Of a stretch of 64,000 nt of DNA, positions 49,257 to 61,200 are shown piece by piece. Origin of the DNA: Mustelus asterias (Eukaryota). Every line of letters starts with the position of its first letter. Positions within the stretch are counted from its first letter, which is position 1. A program made the translations under genes and the position numbers. The notes beneath the pieces are model-generated. The model was not told the DNA's origin and did not search any database. It saw only the letters and a list, made by a program, of their open reading frames with translations. The stretch is from positions 37,510,001 through 37,574,000 of the forward strand of contig NC_135823.1 in NCBI RefSeq assembly GCF_964213995.1, in the 5' to 3' direction.

Positions 49257-52200
49257 GTAAGTGTGCACTCCCTTGCTCTGAAGTATAACTGTCGCCAGTA
49301 CTCACGATCAGGGTTAAAGTCTATGACGAGAACAAAGTACTTCGGTGCTGGTGATCCCAGAAATATCCCGCAGGTCTGGCAGCATCTGTGGAGAAATAGA
49401 GTTAACCACGTTTCAGATCAGTGAACCTTCCTCAGAGTTGGTCATAGTTTAATAAACAATTAGGGAGAGGGGAGGAAAGTAGAAACTGGAAGATCTGTGA
49501 TAAGGTAAACGGAGATTAAAGAGAAATGTTTGACAAAGGGTCATCTGGATTCGAAACGTCGGCTGTTTTCTCTCCTTACAGATGCTGCCAGACCTGCTGA
49601 GATTTTCCAGCGTTTTCTCTTTTGGTTTTATTGAAGAGAAATGTTAATTGGACTAATAATGAAACAAAAGATGTGACTGAATTATGTATAAATGAGGAAA
49701 GCAGAATTACCATCAACAGCTGCCACCCAAAAACAAGGGGCAGGGTTTATAATCTGAAAATATTGAACTCAGTTGTTTCTTTCAGTTTGGTCTATTGCAT
49801 TCGCTGCTCCCAATGCATTTTCCTCTATATTTGGGAGACTAACTGCAGACTAAGCGACCACTTTGTGGAACTTCTTCACTCAGTCTGCAAGAATGACCCC
49901 AACCTCCCTGTTGCTCACCATCTTGATGTCATGCCCACATGTCCATCCTTGACCTGCTGCAGTGTCCCAGTGAAGCCCAACGCAAACTGGTGGAGCAGCA
50001 CCTCCTCTTCCGATTCGGCACTTTACAGCCTTCTGGACTCAACACTGAGTTCACCAACTTTACACTGTGACCTTTCTCCTCCATCTTGACCTTTTCCTAA
50101 TTCCAAAAGTTGAATGCAGTGGCCGGGATTTTACAGCCTTGCTCGTTCCGAAACCGTAAAATCCCACCCTAGGTCAACGGACCTTTCCGTTGTCCGCCCC
50201 TAGCCTGCTCCAATTCACGTGGCAGTAAAATTCCAGCTCGTGAATATATTGGAAGAGGTGTAAATAAATTCCTGTGTAACCTGGGAGTGCCTAGAAGAGT
50301 TAGAACATATGAGGTAAAAGGACAGGTGTTGCATGTCCTACGCTTGCATGGGAAGTTGCATAGAAAGGGGTGTTGGGGATGATTGAGGAGTGAACCAGGG
50401 TATTGTGGTGAGAATGAGCCCTTCGGAAGGTACAAAGGGGAGGGGAACATGTGAGGGCATCATGCTGAACCGACAGTAATCCCAAAGGATGATCCATTAA
50501 ACATGGAGATCAGTGGCGTGGAAGGTGAGGACAAGGGCCTCCCTGTCCTGATTCTGGGTGAGGAATGGGTAAATCGGATTTGGATTTGATTCCCACTACA
50601 GTTAAAGAGTCTTCCGACATTCACTATCTGGCTCCCTTGTAAGGAGTGGGTGAATTACTGGGGGGAGTAATGGCGAGGGGCCAGCTGGAGAAGACGGGGG
50701 AAAACTGCAGACCTTGCAGGAGAAGCTGAAATAATTAGCTGCAGTTGCTATTTACTCATCAATTCGCAACATATGACCCCCTCGACTGGGACGCAAACTG
50801 GAACTCTATTCTTCAAATAACAGTATCTCCGATCAGCAACCCATGATCGTGACATCATTTGAACAGGAGTCACAGGGCCCAGCTCAATTAAACTCTGTTC
50901 AGAGCCATAATGTGTTTACAGCACAGAGCAGGCCAGCCATATCTGTGCTGGCTCTTTACTCAAGCAATGCAAAACAGTCCCATTGCCTGGCTCGCTCCCT
51001 ACAGACCTTTTCACAACTTTAAAAACCCCAATAAATACCCCCCCACACTGATTATTCCAGGAACTCAAGCCTTCCTCATAAGTTTATCAAAGAGTTGCTC
51101 CAACTTGAGTCTGAAGAGTGTTTGGACACATTAATTCTTTCTTTACCCGTGAATTTGCTTAGTCTCTCTCGTGCTCTCTTTTTTTTTCTTGTTCTGTGTG
51201 AAAACTGCAGCATTCCAGGATGAGACCAGGAGTGAGAAGTTGAGTTTCAACTACAGCTGAAAATCTAAGTCTGTTTTCAAAGGAGTGGAGATTAAGTGAA
51301 GATCTAAAAAGCATTCTGTATTCTGGGACAGCGTGAGAGTATATCCTGAAACATTAATTCCACTGGGCGACGACAAGCGGGCATAAAGTAAAATTAGTGC
51401 TAGAACAGAAGTAGGCCTTTTAGCCCCACGAGTTTATTCCACCCATTCAGCCAAATTATGGCTTAATTTGAAACAGTCACTCAGAAGAAGAACCATACTG
51501 AGTGTCAGGACGATTGAAAGTAAAAAGGTCACTCTGACATTGTGGATACTATTCTTGCCTCTGAGTCAGGTCATAGGTCTGAATCACCGGAACATAGAAA
51601 CAGGAGTAGGCCATTTAATTCTTTGAGCCTGTTCCATCATTCACAGAGCTCATTGCCGACCAGTTTCTGAACTCCTTTGCCCCATGTCCCATTATACTTT
51701 TAGCTAACAAAAATCTATCAAACTGGGTTTTAAGTTTAACGATTAATCTAACATCAATTGCGGAAGAGTGCTCCAAACTTCACAGAATCATAGAATCCCC
51801 ACAATGTAGAAGGAGGCCATTCGAGTCTATGCCAACTCTCCGGCAGAGCATCCCAACCAGGCCCTATCCCCGTGACCCCGTTAATCCACCTAACCTGCAA
51901 ATCTTTGGATTGTGGGAGGAAACCGGAGCACCCAGAGGAAACCCATGCAGACACAGAGGGAGTGTGGCGGCACAGTGGTTCGCACTGCTGCCTCACAGCG
52001 CCAAGGACCCGCATTCAATTCCAGCCTCGGGTGACTGTCTGTGTGGAGTTTCCACATTCTCCCCGTGTCTGCGTGGGTTTCCTCCGGTTTCCTCCTACAG
52101 TCCAAAGATGTGCAGGTTAGGTTGATTGGCCATGCTAAATTGACCCTAGTATCAGGGGATTAGCAGGGTAAATATGTGGGGTTACAGGAATAGGACCTGG

Positions 52201-55200
52201 GTGGGATTGTCGTTGGTGCAGACTCGATGAGCCGAATGGCCTCCTTCTGCACTGTAGTTATTCTATGATTCTAATGCGCAAACTCCACACAGTCACCCAA
52301 GGCCGGCATTGAACCTGGGTCCCTGGCGCTGAGAGACAGCGATGCTAACCACTGTGCCACCATGCTGCCTTCTGCCACTCTGAGGGAAGACATGGTCATA
52401 ATTTCACTACTGAAAGGTCTGGCTTTCATGTTTAGACTATGTCCCCTAGCCCTAGACTCTTACGAGCAGATATCATTTCTCCCAATCTTCCTTATCTGTT
52501 TCCCTTTATATCTTGAAAAATTTGATTAATCATCTCTTAACCTTCTAAATGCCAGGAAAAACAATGCTAGTTTGTTTACTCATTGTTCATAACTTAATCC
52601 TTGGAGTTCAAGTATCATTCTAATAAATTTACAATTCCTTCACTCCAAAGCCAATATGTCCCTTCCAGGGTGTGGCGCCCAGAACTGCTCACAGTACTCC
52701 AGATGTGGCCCAATCAGCGCTTTGTACAGCCAAAGTTTCTATCCCATCATTTAAGTTGTTAATGAATATAGTGAATAGTTGAACACAGATTCTTGCAGGA
52801 CAGCACTGGTCAAAATCTGCCAATTAGAGTACCTGCCCCTTATCCCTACTCTCTGTGTCCCATTGCTCAAGTCAGTTTTCCAACAGGGTCAATAATTTTC
52901 CTTCAACTTTAGCTAACAGTCTCTAATGAAGGACTTTATCAAATGTTGTTTGGGAGTCCAGGTAAATAACTTTCATAGTCATTCCCCTGCCTACTATTTT
53001 AGTCACCCATTCAAAACATTCAATCAGATTCATCAGGCAGGACCTACCCTTTACAAATCCATCTGCTTCTCTCTGATCAGCTGTATATTTTTAAGATGTT
53101 CACTCACTCCACCCTTAACTGTAGACTCTAGCAATTTCCCCACAACAGATGTCAGACTACTTGTCATAAATTCCCTTGTTTTGATCTATCATCATTGTTA
53201 AAACTCTGTCAGAAGCTCTGTCTTTCAGATGAAACATTGAACCAAGGTGCCGTCATATAGTTTTGGGATAGATGTTAAAGGTCCTGTGTCCCGATGGGGA
53301 GACTGTCCTGGTACCCTGATTCAACATTCCTTCCTCAACCAACACCATCAAAAACAGATGAACTTGCCTCATTCCTGCTTGTGGGATCTTGCTGTGTGGG
53401 GAAAGATTGCCCGGTGCCTGGGCAGCACCAACGTGACTATGCTTCGATGTAATTAATTGGGGATGTACCTGAGGTACCCATAAAAGTAAATGCTTTCAAT
53501 GTTCTTCTTTTGCAGCAAACGGTAATAAGAAGTTTGACCAACACCAGTTTCTCCGGCAGTGGTTACAACAGGTATCAGAGACTCTGGCTATTTACTATGG
53601 GCTGATGAAACAGTCTACAATATTTTTGATGGACTGAGGCACCCACTGCCTCCTCACCCTCCGTGTGCCTTGTGGTGTAGTGACCCTTTAAGGGGTGTTT
53701 TCCCTTTTAGGGTCATGTGACCAAGTTGGGGACTCACTCAGACTTGCTTGGGCTTGTTCCAGCAGTTGGCGTTTTGGGTCAGTGTAGTTAAGATCTTTAT
53801 CCTTGCTCTGTAATGTGTATAGTTATTCTGTTAATAAACCTTTGTTAGTTTGCTGACCTGAGTTTGAGCCTTACCTCGTGACATTCTGGTGGGTGTGGCC
53901 TGTCACCACACCTGAGCAAGGATTTTTGCTCCACATAAGGGGCAGTATTTAGTGGAGGTGATGGGTGTCTTGTCAGCCAGTTGCTTTCAGGAAGGCCTGC
54001 TGAATTAAGTCAATCAGGCATTTAACTGAGCAATGTCAGGCCTTCCCTGGGATCAAACACCCCAGAGAGCTGCTGGCCAATCAGAGGCTGGGAATTGTAT
54101 GTTGCTTGGTAGCTGGCAGCTGCTGCACTTACTCGAGGCCCAGGATCACTGAGAGGCCCAGGATCGCTGAGAGGTCCAGGATCGCTGAGAGGCCCAGGAT
54201 CGCTGAGAGGTCCAGGATCGCTGAGAGGTCCAGGATCGCTGAGAGCCTCAGGATCACTGAGAGGCCCAGGGTCACTGAGAGCCTCAGGATCACTGAGAGG
54301 CCCAGGGTCACTGAGAGCCTCAGGATCACTGAGAGGCCCAGGATCACTGAGAGCCTCAGGATCACTGAGAGGCCCAGGATCACTGAGAGCCTCAGGATCA
54401 CTGAGAGGCCCAGGATCACTGAGAGCCTCAGGATCACTGAGAGGCCCAGGGTCACTGAGAGGCCCAGGGTCACTGAGAGGCCCAGGGTCACTGAGAGGCC
54501 CAGGGTCACTGAGAGGCCCAGGGTCACTGAGAGGCCCAGGGTCACTGAGAGGCCCAGGGTCACTGAGAGGCCCAGGATCACTGAGAGGCCAAGGATCAAT
54601 GAGAGGCCCAGGGATCACTTAGAGGCCCAGGATCGCTGAGAGGCCAAGGATCAATGAGAGGCCCAGGGATCACTTAGAGGTCCAGGATCGCTGAGAGGCC
54701 TAGGATCGCTGAGAGGCCTAGGATCACTGAGAGGTCTAGGATCACTGAGAGGCCCAGGGTCACTGAGAGGCCCAGGGTCACTGAGAGGCCCAGGGTCACT
54801 GAGAGGCCCAGGATCACTGAGAGGCCCAGGATCACTGAGAGGCCCAGGATCAATGAGAGGCCCAGGATCGCTGAGAGGCCCAGGATCGCTGAGAGGCCCA
54901 GGGATCACTGAGAGGCCCAGGATCACTGAGAGGCGCAGGCAATAGATGAGTGATGAGGGTCACAATGGAAGGAGTCGGCAGCATAGCAGGGGAGCGGGGT
55001 GTTGCCTTCAGTGGATCCCCACTCTTTTCCTGATGCAGGGTCCCTCATTTAGACACTGAGTTCCCTTTAATGATGGACACCTCTGGAAGCTTGCAGGCAA
55101 CTCTGACGGGGTTTGCTTTTTGGTCTTCTCACGTGGTGAGTCCCCTGCCCGTCACTGGGTTAATACCAGCACCAAATGGATGAGGTTCCTAAGTTGGCAA

Positions 55201-58200
55201 TATTTATCGCCCATGAGCGTTCCTGCCCTGGACTTAATCAGGGCAGAGGTAGGAAGGAAATGGGGTCCCAATATGACACCTGCCCAATTAAATGCCTTTG
55301 TCCTTGCCACCAAACCTGCCACAGGAGAGGGTATTAAATTCCACCTTTACACATTCACAAGTTCTGGTTGACATTATACATAGAACAGTACAGCACAGAA
55401 CAGGCCCTTCGGCCCATGATGTTGTGCCGAGCTTTATCTTTAATGCCAGTGTGCCAGACTGTTTTCCATCCCTGGCTTGCAGGAAATCTGCTGATGTCCC
55501 AGGCATTGTAAACCTCTGGATCCAGATTTCAGCCTTGTCCACATGTCATATACTGTGTCATATAGTGAGGCCAGGGTAAACATCCAGAACTCCTTCCTGC
55601 TCTGAAGCAAATCATTTTCTGATCGAGTGATCTTATTAAACCCTGGCAGTCAGCTTAATTCCCGCATTGCAACTGCAAGTTGTATTTGTATTTATGTTAC
55701 CACTAATGTCGCAAAATGTCCCAAGGCACTCGCAAAACAAGAAGGAGATATTAGGTCAAGTAGCCAAAAGCTTGGTCAGAGGTGAGTTTTAAGGAACGTC
55801 TGAAAGGAGGTAAAGAGATGAACGAGGTTTAGAGAGTGAATTCCAAAGCTTAAGGCCCAAGCAGCTGAAGGCATTGCCACACGAATGGTGAAGTAGTTCA
55901 AATTGAGTAAGATGCCAGAATTGGAGGTTTGCAGTGATATAGGGAAGAAGATTACAGATATGGAGGGAGGTTGAAAACAAGAGTGAGAGGCAAGAATAAA
56001 GTTGAGGCATTGTAGGACTTGCAGCCAATGTAGGTGAGCACAGGGGTTGGTGTGAGTTAGGAATCAGGATGTAATGAGTTTTCAAGTGCTCCTTAGTATA
56101 AATTGGGCAATGTGCATGTTTGGTATCTCACTAATCATCTTCATGAGTAGGGGCACCATCTGCTAGTTGCTCAATGTATAACCCAAAGGTGTGCAGAACA
56201 TTGCTCTTCTGTTTCAGTAAGAAACTTTTTTCTGCAGAAGACCTTGTTAGGGTAAATTCTACACAGGGAGCAAATGAAGATTGGATGTGCGGGTAGAGTC
56301 CATAAGGGGTAGATTTTACATTGGGTATGGAAAGGGGTTCTATGGGTAGGGGGAATCTGTAATATTGTTGCCAGTATTTGTTGCAGGAAGAGCAGGAATG
56401 AAAGACCAAATAGCCCCTGCCCAAGCATCATACATCCTTGTGTTTTTTTGCCAGCCTTGCCATTATCTATGGAGTGTTTGCAGCTTCTAACCTTGTTGCG
56501 CCATCTGTTGTCGCAGTTGTTGGACCAAAGATGTCGATGGTCTTCAGTGGAGTTATTTACAGGTAGGCCTGATTCCCATTGGGTTTTAGCCTCCCACACT
56601 CCCGCATGCCATCCAGGATAAAACTTCTATTCCCCCTTCTATTCTAATGATAGTCCCCTGGTTTAGACCCTGAGAACTTTTCACACTTTCTCCTTCTGAG
56701 TTTTAAATGCAGTGTGCAATGGGAAAAGAATGAGGGAAGTGAAATTCATTGGATAGAGCTTTCAAAGAGCTGGTACAAACATGATAGCCTGAAGGACCTT
56801 CCTCTTTGCTGTAATATTCAATGATGACCCAGGTGTGCCAGTTTCTGGTCTCCTTTTGTCAGTTTGTTCCCTCAGCTGTGCCATTACAGGAGAGTCCTAC
56901 CCACCCACTTCATGGACGTGGCATGTGGTGATTGGATACCAGACTCTCTCAGCCACCCACAGCATAACTGGGGATTCTTGGGACCAGAATCAGTGGAGAG
57001 TTATTGAGTGACACAGAGTATGAACCAATGTTGAGGGTGGGGTTTGCAGAAAAATTGCATCCAGCTGTCCTTAATTCAATCAAATCTAAAAATAGTGCTG
57101 ATCATGTGTACCCAGCAAATTAGATTTCATTAAAGGGTAAAATGCTTCAATTATTCCCCGTTACCCATTGAAGAAACTGAAATGTTGCCCGGGGCAGTTT
57201 GCAGTTACATCTTTATAGAGTGCTGAGTTGGAGCTGGCACAGGCTGGTAATAAACAACCTTTAAAAACAGGCTGTGATGTTGCACCAACTGGGGGAAAGG
57301 GAGTGTTGAGGGGACGGGGGGGGGTGTTGAATGGTTTCTTCCTGTTCCTATCACTGACTCTGTACCAGAAGCACCTTTTTTAAAATGTATTCTTTCATGG
57401 GTTGTGAACATCGTTGGCTAGATCAGAATATTTTGTTCTTTCCTAGTTGCCCTTGGAAGGTGGTGGTCGTGATCTGCCTTCCTGAACCGCTGCCTTCCAA
57501 GTGGAGTAGGTAAACCCACAATATCTTTATGGGGGGAGTTCCAGGATTTTGACCCAGTAGGAACAGCGATGTTGTTCTCAGTCAGGATGGTGCATGGCTT
57601 GGAGGGAAAATTGCAGGTGGTGGTATTTCCACTTACCTGCTGCCCTTCTTCTTTTAGGTAGGAGAGGTCATGGGTTTGGAAGATGCTGCTAAAGGAACCC
57701 TGGTGAGCTGCTGTAGATGGTATACACTGTTACTGTGTGTCGGTGGTGGAGGGAGTGAATGTTTAAGGTGGTGGTGGATGAGTGCCAATCGAGCGGGCTG
57801 CTCTGTCCTGTATGGACCTGCAGTGAAGCTCTGCTGACTGGCCCTTTACTGTTGTTGTGTTTTGTTTGGTTTTTCCAGCGGTTACGTGGTTTCTTTCTGT
57901 AAGCCGATGGCGTGGTCGTTCTACATCACCTCCATCCTCATTGGATTTGCTGCAGCTGGTGAGTGGAGTGCTCAGTGCTTCCTGAACTATTACTTCCAAA
58001 TCTCCGCACCAACGTATCTCCTCCCCTTTCCTGACAGACCCTGTCCCCACCCCACATCCTAGGGTACAGTTATACCCGCCTCTCATCATGTGCTTCATGC
58101 GAGTGGTTGACCTTTGTGCTTGAGGCTGCACAGGCTATGGAATCACGAGGAGTCGGGGGTGGCGGGTTCAGGGCTGCAGCCACCTCCGATCATGGCTTCA

Positions 58201-61200
58201 CTGGATGTCCCTATTAACCAGGGCAGCAACAGGATTGGCAATGCTGGCAGGCTTTCAATGCCCCTCCCCTGCCTCACACCAGAGACTCCAAACCCAGTTG
58301 TTGACCCGACTTCTGCCTCACCACTGAACAGGAGGAAGGTGGTGGGGAGGAAGTCAGGATGATCCAGCCCTGCCAAAGTTCTTCCTTCTCTTTCAGTGTT
58401 ATGGACGGCTCAGGGGAGCTTCCTTATCTTGAACTCTGACTGTACCACTATCAACAGAAACACCGGCACCTTCTGGGCTCTGTTACAGTGCAGGTAAGGG
58501 AACTGCAGACTCCAACAAGAACTGGGAGACATAACCATAGCCTTACCCCTTAATACTTTCCCTCTGTCCATTATGGTGTCTGGTGACCAGACACGGTAGC
58601 CTACTGTTTCTGGTAACTCGAGGTCTGCTGTGGCAATTTGGCAGGATTGAAGTCAATAAACCTAGTTTGCAGCTGAGCTGATGCTTGTAAAATCAGCTGG
58701 AACTTTGGCTGTGTTCTGGAGAGGTTTGAGATTGTGGATCAGAATCGCAGGACATGACCATAAGAGTAGAATCATGGGGTGTGAGGGTCATGGTAAAGGA
58801 CAGGGTGAGATTAAAGGGTGTGACAGTGAGGATGATGTTGGGTCACAGGGTGTGAACATAATGGGGGGTCATGGGGTGTGAGGGAGATGGGGGTCATAGA
58901 ATTTGAGGGTAATGGGGGGTCATGGGGTGTATGGGTAATGGGGGCTCATGGGGTGTCAGGGTAATGGGGGCTTATGGGGTGTGAGGGTAATGAGGGTCAC
59001 AGCGTGTGAGGGTAATTGTCATCATGGGGTGTGATGGAGATAGGGATCACGGGGGTGTGAGGGTAATGTCCTCATGGGGTGTGAGGGTAATGGGGGGCCA
59101 TGGGGTGTGAGGGAGATAGGGGTCATGGGGTTTGAGGGTAAATGGGGGTCACAGGATGCGAGGGTAATGGGGGAATCATGGGGTGTGAGGGAGATGGTGG
59201 TCACAGGGTGTGAGGGTAATGGGGGTCACGATGTGAAGGTAATGGGGGGTCATGGGGTGTGAGGGAGTTGGGGGTCATGGGGTTTGAGGGTAATTGTCAT
59301 GGGGTGTGAAGGTAATGGGGGATCACGGTGTGTGAGGGTAATGGGGGGGTCATAGGGTTTGAGGGCAAAGGAAGATTCATAGGGTGTGAGGGAGATGGGG
59401 TCACAGAGTGTGAGGGCAGTGGGGGTCACAGGGTGTGAAGATGATGGGGGTCATGGGGTGTGAGCGTGACGGTGGGATCTTGAGGGGCAAATCTTGACCT
59501 TTCCCATTTGGGTTATAATCTGATGGAATAAACCCTCCCTCTCTGAGAGACCTACAGCACAGAAGGAGGCCATATGACCCATTGTGTCCACACTTTTTTT
59601 CAGTGTGGAGTATGAAGGCCAGCATGGATGAATTGGGCCGAATGGTGTGTCTTTATGTTGTAAGTTGTTTGTAATTCTCTGAGTCCCGGTTTTGAATGTG
59701 AAAGGAATATGGTATTGATATTCCAGTATTGTCCGACTATTCAGCACCAGAATGTGCCTCTGTGAGGGGAGCCTGGGTGCTGCCGTTTCACTCTGTGTGG
59801 CTGATACATTTAATACTTCTTATCTGACTGGTTTGATATATTTTTGCAGCATGTTGTTTGGGAATCTCTACGTTTATCTGCAATGGAGAGATACGATAGT
59901 GATCTTAGGTAAGAGACTGATTTTGCTTCATGTTGTATGTTTTTTGGGGCAGCGAGGAAGTGTAGGGTCTGAAAGGGACATTGATGTTGCTTGGGAATGT
60001 TGGGCTGGGTTAGGGTAAGGGGATGATGGGAGGGGTCACGGAGAGCGGGGTGGTGGATGAGGTTGGCAAAGTAATGGAATTATATGATGATGGGGATTGA
60101 CAGAGTGGCTGGAAGAGATGATGGGGGTGATGGGGCAAGGGACTCTTATGGGAGCCTCAAGCAAGGGATCAACTTGGGGTCCCAACATTCCATGAGACGA
60201 TGTTAGTAAATTCACCCAACCCAATATGGATCCACACAGCCCCTCCGACCGCCCCAGCCCCTCCGACCATCCCTGCTCCTCCGACCGCCCCGGCCCCTCC
60301 GACAGTGCCAGCGCTCCCCTTGACCTTAAGCCCATAATCAGGGTGACTCTCCACAGCAGTATTGAAGGAGTGCTGCACTGTTGAAGGTGCAGGCAATTAA
60401 ATGAGCTGTTATACAGAGGACCTGTCTGCCTTCTCTGGTGCACGCGAAAGATCCATGCTACTCTTCGAAGAAGGGCAAAGGAGTTCTCCCCGGTGTCCAG
60501 ATCAATAGTTATCCTTCAACCAGCATCAGCAAAACAGATTATCTGGCCATTATCTCATTATTTGTGAAATCTTGCTGTGTGCAAATTAGCTACATTACAT
60601 CAGCAAAGACTGTAGCGTAAAGCATTCTGTGATGTCCTGAGGTTATGAAGGACAATGTAGAAATGTGAGTTCTTTATTTTTGACTTCTCAGATCATGACA
60701 GAAGTACCTTGTTTATTGTATTGTCCGTGATCTCTCTTGCTGGGACAATCCTCTTACTTCTGCTGAGAAACATCAAACATGTGGAGAACAGCTCTGAGAT
60801 CAACGACCCTCTGCTTCAGGATTCCTGGTTGTAAGTACACAAATAGCACAGTGATTAGCACTGCTGCCTCACAGCCCCAGGGACCCGGGTTTGGTTCCCA
60901 ACCTGAGACACTGTCTGTGCGGAGTCTGCACGTTCTCCCTGTGTCTGCATGCGTTTCCTCCGAGTGCTTCGAAAGAAGTGCTGGTTAGGTGCATTGGCCA
61001 AGCTAAATTGTCCCTCAGTGTACCCAAACAGGTGCCAGAGAGTGGCGACTAGGGGATTTTCACAGTAACTTCATTGCAGTGTTAATGTAAGCCTACTTGT
61101 GACACCAATAAATAAACTTGAAACTTTAAGTGGAAATCAAATCTCTGGCTGTCTTCCTTGTGATGTGGAGATGCCGGCGTTGGACTGGGGTAAACACAGT

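Noticed and set aside
54022-54926. (SDPGPL)n and (TERPRV)n repeat proteins
   Set aside because: The 18-bp unit is a multiple of 3, which keeps frames open. The array is intronic with no coding context.
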